Positions 9,491 through 19,348 are shown, counted from the stretch's first letter. The stretch is DNA of 64,000 bases from an uncultured Chloroflexia bacterium (GCA_963712745.1 CAVQJC010000020.1:544001-608000); one strand, 5' to 3'. Made by a program: numbers and translations. The notes: generated from the letters alone by a model not told the origin.

Positions 9491-10663
9491 TCAGCCCGCG
9501 GCAGCTGCTGCGGTTCGGGTGCGGGCGCGCTCGGCGCGCGCCTGGCGCCACTGGGCCAGGGCCACGGCCGCGATGAGCAGCACGCCCAGCGCCACGCGCT
9601 GGTAGAACGTGCCCACCCCGAGCAAGGCCATGCCGTTGTTGAGCACGCCCACCAGGAGCACCGCCAGCACCGTGCCGACGATGGTGCCCTTGCCGCCGGT
9701 GGTCGCGGCGCCGCCGAGGAAGACCGCCGTGATGGCTTGCAGCTCGAAGCCGACACCGTTGATGGGATTGCCCGAGGTGGTGCGCGCAGTGAGCAGCACG
9801 CCGGCCAGCCCAGCCGTGGCGCCGCAGAGCATGTACATGCCGATCTTCATGCGCGTGAGGTTGATGCCCGCCAGGCGAGCCGCGGTGGCGTTGCCGCCGA
9901 TGGCATACACGGCGCGACCGAAGTCGGTGTACTTCATGAGCACATGGAAGAGGATGGCTACGACGATGAAGATGAGAAAGAGGATGGGCACGCCGGTCCA
10001 GGCACGCCCGCCCAACTCGGGCAGTGGCAGTTCGGGGAAGAGCCGGCCGGTGGCGAGCCACGTGTACTCGGGCTGGGTGACCACCCCGATAGGCTTTCCG
10101 TCGGGGGCGACGAGGAAGGCCAGGCCGGCGAACGCGGCCAGCGTACCCAGGGTGGCGATGATGGGATTGACATGCAGCTTGGTCACGACAAGGCCGTTGA
10201 CGATGCCGAGACCCACACCCGTGAGGATGCCGACCAGGATGGCCGCCTGCATCGAGCCCTGCACGAACGGCAGCGGGACTTCGATGTCGCCGGGGAGCGT
10301 GAGCGCACCCAAGGCAATGGCGGATGCGGCGGTAACCGAGGCCACCGAAGCGATGGACCCGACGGAGATGTCAAGCATGCCAGCGACGATGACGACGGTC
10401 TCGCCGATGGCCAGCAAGCCGACGATGACGATGGACTGGCTGAGGCTGTTCATCAGGTTCTGCCAGGAGAGGAAGAGCGGCTGCAGCCAGACGATGAGAA
10501 CGACGATGACGAGGAGCGCCAGGATCAGCGAGAGGTTGTCGACGCCGACGATATTGATGATGCGTCGCGCCGTGCTGACGTTCTCGTCGCCCGAAAACGG
10601 GGCCGGTCCGGTGCTTCCGCCACCGGCCCCGGCGCCAGCCGGGCTGGTCTGCAGCTCGCTCAC
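9491..10663 (-). CDS. Monosaccharide ABC transporter permease (RbsC/AraH family)
   Basis: LDISVGS, NPIIATLG, TDFGRAVYAIGGNATAARLAGI and ELQAITAVFLGG motifs. Confidence 0.93.
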   Translation of the reverse strand: MSELQTSPAGAGAGGGSTGPAPFSGDENVSTARRIINIVGVDNLSLILALLVIVVLIVWLQPLFLSWQNLMNSLSQSIVIVGLLAIGETVVIVAGMLDISVGSIASVASVTAASAIALGALTLPGDIEVPLPFVQGSMQAAILVGILTGVGLGIVNGLVVTKLHVNPIIATLGTLAAFAGLAFLVAPDGKPIGVVTQPEYTWLATGRLFPELPLPELGGRAWTGVPILFLIFIVVAILFHVLMKYTDFGRAVYAIGGNATAARLAGINLTRMKIGMYMLCGATAGLAGVLLTARTTSGNPINGVGFELQAITAVFLGGAATTGGKGTIVGTVLAVLLVGVLNNGMALLGVGTFYQRVALGVLLIAAVALAQWRQARAERARTRTAAAAAG

Positions 10664-12249
10664 TTGGCCTCCCCTCCTGCCGCGGCCGCCTCGGCGGCCG
10701 CCCGACGTACCCTGAGGTGCTCGTGCATGGCCAGCTCGAGTACCTGTTCCTCGGTCGTGCCCGGTCCGGGCAGCTCGCCGGTGATGCGGCCGCCCTGCAT
10801 CACATAGATGCGGTCGGACATGCCCAGGATCTCGGGCAGCTCCGACGAGATAAGCATGATGGCGAGACCCTCGTTGGCCAGCGCGTCTATGAGCCGGTAG
10901 ATCTCCGACTTGGCGCCGACGTCGATGCCGCGGGTGGGCTCGTCGAGGATGAGCACCTTGGGCTTGGCGGCCAGCCAGCGCGCAAGCACGACCTTCTGCT
11001 GGTTGCCACCGGAGAGTTTGCCCACCTCCTGGTCGATCGAGGGCGTGCGCACGTTAAGTCGCTGCACGTACTCGGTGGCGACCTGTCGCTCCTGGCGCCG
11101 CTGCACGATGCGGAACCGAGTCAGCCGTCGGATGATGGCCAGCGTGATGTTCTCGAGCACGCTTCGGATGAGCACCAGACCTTCGCGCTTGCGGTCTTCG
11201 GGAGCGAAGCCGATGCCCTCAGAGATAGCGTTGCTGGGCTGACCGATGCTGACCTGCTTGCCGTTGATGACGACGTCGCCTGATGACTTGGGCAGCTCGC
11301 CGAAGATGACCTTGGCCAGCTCGCTCCGACCAGCTCCGATGAGGCCGGCGAAACCGACGATCTCGCCGGCCTTGATGTCGAATGAGACGCCGTTGTGCCA
11401 TAGGCTCTGGACATCGCGCACCTCGAGCACCACGCGATCGGTGGCCGCGGGATGGCGGTCGAAGACCTCGCCCAGGTCGCGCCCGACCATGTTGCGCACG
11501 ATGTCGTCCTCGGTCAGCGCGGAGGCCTGTTCGACGATGACCAGCTTGCCGTCGCGCAGGATGGCCACGCGGTCGGCGATCTGCATGATCTCGTGGAGTC
11601 GGTGGCTGACGTAGATGATGGCCACGCCCTCCGCGCGCAGCCGACGTACGAGCGTGAAGAGCTGGTCGACCTCCTCTTCGGTCAGCGATGAGGTCGGCTC
11701 ATCGAGCGCAAGGATGCGCATCCTCGATCTGACCGCGCGCATGATCTCGACCAGCTGGCGCTGGGCCGAAGACAGCTCGTCGCCCATGCGCCAGCGCGGC
11801 AGTGACCGCTCGAAGCCGTACTCCGCCAGTTCGTGGTCGACCCGCGCGTTGAGTGCGCCGCGGTCGATGAACGGCCCACGCTTGGGCAGTTCGCCGGCGA
11901 AGATGTTCTCGGCCACGTCGACGCCGGGGATGATCTCGGGCTCCTGGTAGATGACGCGGATCCCGGCCGAGCGCGCCTCTCGCGGGTTGGCGAAGTGCAG
12001 CTGCTCCCCATCGATGCTGAGCGTGCCGAGATCGGGTCGATAGTCGCCGCTAAGGATCTTCAGCAGTGTCGACTTGCCGGCTCCGTTCTCGCCGAGGAAG
12101 GCGAGCACCTCGCCGGGTCGGACGTCGAGCGAGACGTCGTCGAGGGCCTGGACGTTGGGAAAAGCCTTGCTGACGTGGCGGATCTCGAGGACGCCGGAAC
12201 CGACGTTTGGCTCGGCTGCGGAGGCCTCGGGAGGCGCGGTCAGGGTCAT
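10660..12249 (-). CDS. Monosaccharide ABC transporter ATP-binding protein (RbsA/AraG type, two domains)
   Basis: GENGAGKST, LDEPTSSL, LSGGNQQKV and DEPTRGIDVGAK motifs. Confidence 0.96.
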   Translation of the reverse strand: MTLTAPPEASAAEPNVGSGVLEIRHVSKAFPNVQALDDVSLDVRPGEVLAFLGENGAGKSTLLKILSGDYRPDLGTLSIDGEQLHFANPREARSAGIRVIYQEPEIIPGVDVAENIFAGELPKRGPFIDRGALNARVDHELAEYGFERSLPRWRMGDELSSAQRQLVEIMRAVRSRMRILALDEPTSSLTEEEVDQLFTLVRRLRAEGVAIIYVSHRLHEIMQIADRVAILRDGKLVIVEQASALTEDDIVRNMVGRDLGEVFDRHPAATDRVVLEVRDVQSLWHNGVSFDIKAGEIVGFAGLIGAGRSELAKVIFGELPKSSGDVVINGKQVSIGQPSNAISEGIGFAPEDRKREGLVLIRSVLENITLAIIRRLTRFRIVQRRQERQVATEYVQRLNVRTPSIDQEVGKLSGGNQQKVVLARWLAAKPKVLILDEPTRGIDVGAKSEIYRLIDALANEGLAIMLISSELPEILGMSDRIYVMQGGRITGELPGPGTTEEQVLELAMHEHLRVRRAAAEAAAAGGEAK

Positions 12250-12271
12250 GCGTTCACCGGAGGTGTGAGGA

Positions 12272-12316
12272 GGCGGTCGCGCGGGCCCGGATCGAGCCAG
12301 GCTCCGCGCGACCGCC
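12272..12316. terminator. Intercistronic stem-loop after the binding-protein gene
   Basis: GGCGGTCGCGCGG ... CCGCGCGACCGCC 13-bp inverted repeat, at the usual position for differential mRNA stability in ABC operons. Confidence 0.55.
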
Positions 12317-12329
12317 GTTCCAGGACTGG

Positions 12330-13343
12330 CTACTGCGAGCAGTTGGCCAGGGATTCAGGGGTGAAGATATCGGTGTACGTCGTGGGGTCCACGATCGAGG
12401 TGGGAGCGATGGTGAAGGCCGGCAGATCAACGCCGTTGACGACGTTCTCGTACAGGACCTCGGCAGCCGACGCTCCGACGTCCAGGCCGGAGATGTACAG
12501 CGCAGCCTTGAACCCGCTGGGCTGATCGGCAGCCCAGAACTTGCAGGCCTCGTAGGCCCCAAGGCCGACGCCCAGGATGTTGTCGGGTGAGACGCCCTGC
12601 GTGGCGAGCGCGTTCAGGACGGCGAGAACGCCTTCGTCATTGCAGGCGAAGACGACCCAGTGGGTCACGTCGGGATGGGCGGTGATGACGGGGCCGGCCT
12701 TGTCCTGCGCATCGGGTGACTCGCCCGTGTACTGGACCTGGAAGATCGACTCGGCCGGAACGCCGACATCGAGCATGGCCTGCTTGGACGCGTTGGTGCG
12801 ATCCTCGCAGACGGACAGCGTCGGGACCTCGGTCGACAGGACGCCGAGGGTGATCGCCTCGTCCTCGAGCCAGCCACCTTCGGTCAGCAGGCGCGCGGCC
12901 TCTGCGCCCACCTTGGCGCCCATGTCGGGGCCGCTGAAGCCCACGAAGGGGACGGGGTTCCCAGCGGAATCCACGATGCTATCGTCGGTCGCCACGAGGG
13001 CGACGCCGGCCGCCGCGGCGGCGTCCGAGATAGCCGGGCCGATGGTCTGGTCGGGCACGGTGATGGCGATGCCGGCCGCGCCGGCGGAGATGGCGTCGTT
13101 CACGAGGTTGACACCCAGGCTCGGATCGAGCTTGGCGTCGGCCTTGAGTGACGTGGCGCCGAGCTCGGCGGCCTTGGCTTCGAACGAATTCTGCAGGTCG
13201 ATGAAGTACTGCTGGTCTGCGCTCTTGTTGATGACGTAAAGCAGCGGGGCCTCGTCCTGCGCGACCGCCGGCAGGGCGGAAGCGGTCAGGAGCGCGGCGC
13301 CACCCAGGGCGACCAGGGTCTTCTTGAAGCGAGAGTCAACCAC
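12330..13343 (-). CDS. Sugar ABC transporter substrate-binding protein (type I PBP, arabinose-binding-like)
   Basis: Signal peptide (KKTLVALGGAALLTASALPAVA-Q) and AraF-like motifs K..QQYF and CNDEGVL. GTG at 13343 lies 7 nt after GGAGGA; the ORF track starts it at 13358. Confidence 0.85.
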   Translation of the reverse strand: MVDSRFKKTLVALGGAALLTASALPAVAQDEAPLLYVINKSADQQYFIDLQNSFEAKAAELGATSLKADAKLDPSLGVNLVNDAISAGAAGIAITVPDQTIGPAISDAAAAAGVALVATDDSIVDSAGNPVPFVGFSGPDMGAKVGAEAARLLTEGGWLEDEAITLGVLSTEVPTLSVCEDRTNASKQAMLDVGVPAESIFQVQYTGESPDAQDKAGPVITAHPDVTHWVVFACNDEGVLAVLNALATQGVSPDNILGVGLGAYEACKFWAADQPSGFKAALYISGLDVGASAAEVLYENVVNGVDLPAFTIAPTSIVDPTTYTDIFTPESLANCSQ

Positions 13344-13503
13344 GAGCGATTCCTCCATTCCTCCGAAAGGGTTGGCTGGGACGTGTCGATGTTACCTGTT
13401 TCCAACACGAAACAACACGTTCTCTGGCAGATTACGTCCGAAGGTGCCCTCCTTCTGTTTCGACGGCGCGCTGTCCCTTCTCACCGGCCGCCTGGAAAGG
13501 TAC

Positions 13504-13521
13504 GATTGGTCAGAACCAATC
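13504..13521. promoter_or_regulatory. Palindromic operator, GntR/HutC (DasR/NagR dre-like) type
   Basis: GATTGGT-CAGA-ACCAATC, a perfect 7-bp inverted repeat (TGGT-N4-ACCA core) in the divergent intergenic region, overlapping a TACGAT -10-like hexamer. Confidence 0.6.
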
Positions 13522-13649
13522 TGCCGGGATTGTCTAACAGTCGCCGTTGAGAAGCAACCCTGACAGGGCCGACGGTCACCTGGTCGCCAGCCAGAAGGGG
13601 CTGGCACTGGCGACGGCGGCCCACGCCGATAGAGCGGACAGGAGGATCG

Positions 13650-16600
13650 ATGGAGCAGACCCCGCTGCGACTGCCCGAGCGGCCCCGGCACCTGCGCGAC
13701 CGCGACGTCGCCGCCTGGTCCGAGCCGGTGGTCATCGACACGTATCCGACGCCCGCGCCCGACCGCAATCCACTCTTCCTCGAGAACCGCGTGTACCAGG
13801 GCTCGTCTGGTCGGGTCTATCCCAACCCTGTCACCGACCGCGTCTCGGATATGGCGGTGCCCACGTCCTGGGAGGCGGTCCACCTCGAGAACGAGTACCT
13901 GCGCGTGATGATCCTGCCCCAGATCGGCGGCCGCATCCACGTGGTCCAGGACCGCCAGACCGGCTACGACGTCTTCTACCGCCAGAACGTCATCAAGCCG
14001 GCCCTGGTGGGGCTGCTGGGTCCGTGGATCTCCGGCGGCGTCGAGTTCAACTGGCCCCAGCATCACAGGCCTTCCACCTTCATGCCGACCGACTACGAGA
14101 TCGAGTCGCTGCCCGACGGCGGGGCCGTGGCGTGGTGCTCCGAGCACGAGCCCACCGATCGCATGAAGGGTATGCACGGCGTGGTCCTGCGGCCCGCCTC
14201 GTCGGTGCTGGAGCTGGCGGTCAGGCTGGGCAACCGGACCCCGCTGGTGCAGACGTTCCTGTGGTGGGCCAATGCGGCGGTGCGCGTGCACGACGACTAC
14301 GAGGCCTACTTCCCCCCGGACGTGACCTACGTGGCTGACCATGCGCGGCGCGCGATGTCTACGTTCCCTTGCGCTGAGGGCCGCTACTACGGCGTCGACT
14401 ACGGGTCGCGCCCTGCGCGCGATGCGGACCTGCGCTGGTACCGCAACATCCCTGTGCCTACGTCCTACATGGCCATGGGCACGGCGGCGGACTTCTTCGG
14501 CGGCTACGACCACGCTGCAGGCGAGGGCTTCGTCCACTGGGCCGACCACACCATCAGCCCGGGCAAGAAGCTGTGGACCTGGGGCAACCACGAGTTCGGC
14601 TACGCCTGGGACCGTGAGCTGACCGACCAGGATGGTCCCTACGTCGAGCTCATGGCGGGCGTGTTCACCGACAACCAGCCCGACTTCGGGTTCCTGCTTC
14701 CGGGCGAGGTGCGCACGTTCAGCCAGTACTGGTATCCGCTCGTCGGCACCGGGCCGGTACAGGCGGCCAACCTCGACGCCGCCGTGCGCCTCTCACGAGG
14801 GGCCGGCGTCGCCCATATCGGCGTGGCGGTGACGCGCCCGCGCGACGGGGCCACCGTGCGCCTCACCGAGCGGGGTCGGCCGATCTTCGAGCGCACCGTG
14901 GACCTTGCCCCAGGATCACCGTTCCTGGCCGGGGACATCGCGCTCGGCGAAGGCGCCAGGACGGCCGAGCTGCACCTGGCCGTGCTCCACGACGGGAGGG
15001 AGCTCATCAGCTACCAGCCCGCAGTGCGGCGTCGGGGCGATCCGCCTCCACCGGCTACCGAGCCGCCGCCGCCGGCCGAGGTCGAGACGCTCGAGGAGCT
15101 GTGGCTCACGGGCATGCACCTGCAGCAGTACCGCCACGCCACGCGCCGGCCAGAGGCCTACTACCGCGAAGCTCTGCGGCGGGACCCAGGCGACAGCCGC
15201 AGCAACACGGCCATGGGCGAGTGGCACCTACGCCACGGCGAGTACGCCCAGGCGGAGCAGCATCTGCGGGCAGCGCTGGAGCGACTGTCGGTGCGCAACG
15301 CCAACCCGCGGGACGGCGAGGCCAGCTACCTGCTGGGCGTGACACTGCGACTGGCCGGGCGCCCTGGCGAGGCGGACGAGGCCTTCGGCAAGGCCGGCTG
15401 GAACGGCGCGTTCGGAGCAGCATCCGATATCGCGCGGGCGGAGATCGCCTCGGCGCGAGGGGACACTGGCGCGGCCATGGCCCTGCTCGAGCGAGCGCTC
15501 CGCTCCAACGGCGCCGAACCCGGAGCCCTCGGCCTGCGAGCCGCTCTCCTGCGGCGCGGGGGTCGAACGACCGACGCGCGCGAGGCTGTGGCTTCGATGC
15601 TGGCCGCCGATCCGCTCGACATCCGCGCACTCCATGAGCGCGCCCTGCTCGATGGGGCCGATGGCCCGTTGCCGGGCGGTGCCCAGGCCGCCCTCGACAT
15701 CGCCCATGACGAGGCCCGCGCGGGGCTGCTCGAAGAGGCAGTCGATGCCCTGGAGCGCGCCATCGAGGCCGGCCCCGGCCCCGGGCACGCGCCACTGCTG
15801 CACTACACGCTGGCCTGGCTCGAAGCGCAGCGCGGGGACCATGCGGCAGCTTCACGCGAGCTGCGACTGGCGCGGAAGGTTGCTCCCGACTACGCCATGC
15901 CGGCCCGCCTCGAAGAGATCGCCGTGCTCGAGTGGGCCATCGGGCAAGATCCGTCCGACGCACACGCCCCCTACTACCTGGGCAACCTGCTCTACGACAA
16001 GCGGCGCTATCACGACGCCATCGCCGCCTGGCGACGCGCGGCCCGGCTGGACCCGGACTTCGCGACCGTGCACCGGAACCTGGGCATCGCCGAAACCAAC
16101 GTGCTCCACCGGCCGGAAAGGGCGCTGAGCGAGTATCGCAAGGCCTACCGGGCCGATCCAAGCGACGCCCGAGTGCTCTACGAGCTCGACCAGCTGCGAA
16201 AACGTCTGGGGCACGACCCTTGGGCCAGGCTGCGAGGGTTGGAGGCGGCGCTTGACGTCGTCGACGAGCGTGATGACCTCACCGTCGAGTTCGTGACCCT
16301 GCTCAACCTCGCCGGTCGCCACGGTGAAGCCGCCGAGATCCTCTGCGAGCGACGCTTCCACCCCTGGGAAGGCGGCGAGGGCCTGGTCTCGGAGCAGTGG
16401 GTCGTGGCACGGCGAGAACGCGCCCGTGCGCTCAGGGAGTCGGGCCAGCCCGCGCTCGCCGCCGAGCTCCTGCGCCTGGCCATGGTCTATCCGCCGAACC
16501 TCGGCGAGGGCAAGCACCTGCTGACGCCGGAGAACGAGCTGCAGTACCTGCTCGGTGAGTGTCTTCGCGATGCTGGCGAATGGGACGAAGCGAACGCATG

Positions 16601-16979
16601 GTTCCGGCGGGCGGCCCAACTGCAGGGCGACCCGGGTGCGCCCGCGGGCGACGGCCCCTACTGGCAGGCGCTGGCCCTGCGCGCCCTGGGTGATGACGTT
16701 GCGGCCGAATCACGCTTGACCGCGCTGGCCGATGCTGCCGCCGCGCAGGCGCGAACCGAGGTCACCATCCCCTATTTCGCCACGTCGCTGCCCACGTTGC
16801 TGCTGTTCGACGACGACCTCTCCGAGCGGGCCCACCAGGAGGCGGCCTACCTCGAAGGACTGGCGCTGATGGGCCGGGGCCAGACGAAGGCCGCCGCCAG
16901 CCGCTTCCGGGCGCTGCTCGCAGCCCGTCCCGACCATCTTGATGCCGCCCTGCGCCTCGCCGAGCTCGAGCGAGGCTGA
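13650..16979 (+). CDS. DUF5107 domain + tetratricopeptide repeat protein
   Basis: RVYQGSSGRVYP, LENEYL, IKPALVGLLGPWISGGVEFNWPQHHRP, PGKKLWTWG and ELMAGVFTDNQPDF, then TPRs and FHPWEGGEG. GGAGGA RBS. Confidence 0.88.
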   Translation: MEQTPLRLPERPRHLRDRDVAAWSEPVVIDTYPTPAPDRNPLFLENRVYQGSSGRVYPNPVTDRVSDMAVPTSWEAVHLENEYLRVMILPQIGGRIHVVQDRQTGYDVFYRQNVIKPALVGLLGPWISGGVEFNWPQHHRPSTFMPTDYEIESLPDGGAVAWCSEHEPTDRMKGMHGVVLRPASSVLELAVRLGNRTPLVQTFLWWANAAVRVHDDYEAYFPPDVTYVADHARRAMSTFPCAEGRYYGVDYGSRPARDADLRWYRNIPVPTSYMAMGTAADFFGGYDHAAGEGFVHWADHTISPGKKLWTWGNHEFGYAWDRELTDQDGPYVELMAGVFTDNQPDFGFLLPGEVRTFSQYWYPLVGTGPVQAANLDAAVRLSRGAGVAHIGVAVTRPRDGATVRLTERGRPIFERTVDLAPGSPFLAGDIALGEGARTAELHLAVLHDGRELISYQPAVRRRGDPPPPATEPPPPAEVETLEELWLTGMHLQQYRHATRRPEAYYREALRRDPGDSRSNTAMGEWHLRHGEYAQAEQHLRAALERLSVRNANPRDGEASYLLGVTLRLAGRPGEADEAFGKAGWNGAFGAASDIARAEIASARGDTGAAMALLERALRSNGAEPGALGLRAALLRRGGRTTDAREAVASMLAADPLDIRALHERALLDGADGPLPGGAQAALDIAHDEARAGLLEEAVDALERAIEAGPGPGHAPLLHYTLAWLEAQRGDHAAASRELRLARKVAPDYAMPARLEEIAVLEWAIGQDPSDAHAPYYLGNLLYDKRRYHDAIAAWRRAARLDPDFATVHRNLGIAETNVLHRPERALSEYRKAYRADPSDARVLYELDQLRKRLGHDPWARLRGLEAALDVVDERDDLTVEFVTLLNLAGRHGEAAEILCERRFHPWEGGEGLVSEQWVVARRERARALRESGQPALAAELLRLAMVYPPNLGEGKHLLTPENELQYLLGECLRDAGEWDEANAWFRRAAQLQGDPGAPAGDGPYWQALALRALGDDVAAESRLTALADAAAAQARTEVTIPYFATSLPTLLLFDDDLSERAHQEAAYLEGLALMGRGQTKAAASRFRALLAARPDHLDAALRLAELERG

Positions 16980-17035
16980 TCGGCCCGCGCTACGCTGGAG
17001 CCACATTCAACGACAGCCTATCTGGGAGGGATCCG

Positions 17036-17683
17036 ATGGACAGCATCCTCGAACGGATCGCACAGGCCGGAGTCGTCCCGGTCGTCGTCATCGACGACCC
17101 TGCGGACGCGTCGGCGCTGGTGGGCGCGCTGGCCGAGGGGGGCCTGCCCCTGGCCGAGATCACATTCCGCACGGCCGCCGCCGAGGATGCCATCCGGGCC
17201 GCGGTCGCAGATCACCCCGACGTGCTCGTGGGAGCCGGCTCCGTGCTGTCGCTCGAGCAGGTCGATGCCGCAGTCGCAGCCGGCGCCAGCTTCGTGGTCA
17301 GCCCCGGTCTCGAGGAGAACGTGGTGCGTCGCACCCTTGACCACGGCGTCCTGGCGCTGCCCGGCTGTGCCACCGCCAGCGACCTCATGCGCGCGCGCCT
17401 GCTGGGGCTGGACGTGGTCAAGTTCTTCCCGGCCGAGCCGAGCGGCGGACTGCCCATGATCAAGGCCGTGGCGGCGCCATTCCCGGGCCTGCGCTTCGTT
17501 CCCACCGGCGGAGTCAACACCACCAATCTCGAGGAGTACCTGGCCGACCCGCGCATCCTCGCGGTGGGCGGCTCGTGGATGGTCAAGCCGGCCATGATCA
17601 AGGCCAGGGACTGGACCGGCATCACCGCCGCTGCTCGCGCGGCAGTGGCAGCCGTGCGCCGGGCACGCAGCGGCCGCGCATAG
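17036..17683 (+). CDS. eda: KDPG/KHG aldolase
   Basis: EITFRT, VGAGSV, VSPG, KFFPAE and FVPTGGV motifs. Confidence 0.92.
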   Translation: MDSILERIAQAGVVPVVVIDDPADASALVGALAEGGLPLAEITFRTAAAEDAIRAAVADHPDVLVGAGSVLSLEQVDAAVAAGASFVVSPGLEENVVRRTLDHGVLALPGCATASDLMRARLLGLDVVKFFPAEPSGGLPMIKAVAAPFPGLRFVPTGGVNTTNLEEYLADPRILAVGGSWMVKPAMIKARDWTGITAAARAAVAAVRRARSGRA

Positions 17684-17734
17684 GCTCTGCCCGGGCGGAC
17701 GCCTCCGCCGCAGCGCGGCACGAAGCCGACAGGC

Positions 17735-18367
17735 CTAGCGAGCCACCGAGGCCGTCACCTGACGCGCCCGCTCGGTCACTCCAGCCGGGTCGCCGTCGCC
17801 GATGAGCCAGCCGCCCATGCCCACGGCCACTGCTCCTGCAGCGATCCAGTCACCGGCCGTCTCTGCAGAGACGCCACCGGTGGGCACGAACGGGATACCC
17901 GGGAACGGCCCTGAGATCTGCTTGAGGTAGGCGGTGCCGACGGCGGCAGCGGGAAACAGCTTCACCGCGCTCGCCCCAGCCGACCAGGCAGCATGGATCT
18001 CCGTCGGCGACAAGGCTCCCGGGAAACATGGCACGGCATTGAGCGCACACCAGGTGATGAGCTCGGTGTCGGTGTGGGGTGAGACGATGAATCTCGCACC
18101 GGCGTCGACCGCTCGCTTGGCCGCTCCGATCGAGAGCACCGTGCCCGCCCCCACCAGGGCATCAAGATCGTCGGCCACGCCTGCGAGTGCCTCGATCGCC
18201 CGCAGCGCGTCCTGCTCGGGCTCGTTCAGCGTCAGCTCCATGACGTGGACGCCACCGGCTAGCAGCGATTCGCCGATGCGGGGAGCGGCGGCGGCGGCGA
18301 TATTGCGCCCGATGGCGATGACCCTGCTGTCACTGACGAGCTCGGGGATCGGCGGACGGTCGGTCAT
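17735..18367 (-). CDS. Second KDPG/KDPGal-type aldolase
   Basis: IAIGR, ELTLN, VGAGTV, VSPH, KLFPA and VPTGGV motifs; ATG at 18367 (MTDRPP). Confidence 0.88.
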   Translation of the reverse strand: MTDRPPIPELVSDSRVIAIGRNIAAAAAPRIGESLLAGGVHVMELTLNEPEQDALRAIEALAGVADDLDALVGAGTVLSIGAAKRAVDAGARFIVSPHTDTELITWCALNAVPCFPGALSPTEIHAAWSAGASAVKLFPAAAVGTAYLKQISGPFPGIPFVPTGGVSAETAGDWIAAGAVAVGMGGWLIGDGDPAGVTERARQVTASVAR

Positions 18368-18462
18368 GTCGGCTCCGGGTCTCGGAGGTGTTCGGTGAAT
18401 GGCACCATCGTGCCAGAGAAGGCCCACACCAGCGCGCGACCCGACCCGCACCGGAGGACGAC

Positions 18463-19348
18463 ATGCCCCCACGTACGCTTCCCGCTCCTCAGGATCCTCT
18501 ACCAGCACGATGCCTTGGTGGGCGAGGGGCCCGTGTGGGATCCGCGCATCGGCAGGCTCGTCTGGGTCGACATCCCCAACAACCAGGTCTTCACCACCGA
18601 CCCCAACACCGGTCAGACCGCGAGCCGGCAGTTGGACCGCGCGGTCGGCGTGGTCCTGCCGCGCGCCTCGGGCGGCTACGTGGCGGCCCTGCAGGACGGC
18701 TTCTACACGCTGCCTGACGAAGGCGAGCCCGAGCTCATCGCGCCGGTCGAGGCAGACGACCCCACCACCCGCCTGAACGACGGTGAGACCGACCCGCAAG
18801 GCCGCTTCTGGGCCGGCACGATGGGCTGGCAGGCGGAGCCGGAGGCAGGCACGCTCTACCGCCTCGATCCCGACGGCACGGTCAGCCGCATGGTCGATGG
18901 CATCACCATCAGCAACGGTCTCGGCTGGAGCCCCGAAGGCACGACGATGTACTACGTCGACACCCCTACCCTGCGGGTCGACATGTTCGACTACGACCCG
19001 GCCAGCGGCGACATCACCAACCGGCGGGAGTTCGTGACCATCCGCCACGGCGGCGGCAGGCCCGACGGCCTGACGGTCGACAGCGAGGGTGCCGTGTGGG
19101 TCGCGACCTGGCCCGGCTACGGCGTCCACCGCTACCTGCCTGACGGCTCGCTCGACGCGGTCATCCCGCTGCCGGTCTCCAACGTCTCGAGCATCGAACT
19201 GGGCGGGCCCGACCTGCGCGACGCCTTCATCACCACCGCCTGGGAGCTGCTTTCCGAGGAGGAGCACGCGGCCCAGCCGCTGGCCGGCAGCCTCTTCCAC
19301 ACTCGGGTCGATGTGCCTGGGCGGCCACGCGTGCCGTTCGCGGGCTGA
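18463..19348 (+). CDS. SMP-30/gluconolactonase family protein (probable +1 frameshift near the 5' end)
   Basis: GEGPVWD, RLNDG..D.QGRFWAGTM, ISNGLGWSP and PDGLTVD motifs. The GGAGG-ATG at 18463 is out of frame by one base; the alternative is GTG at 18395. Confidence 0.85.
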
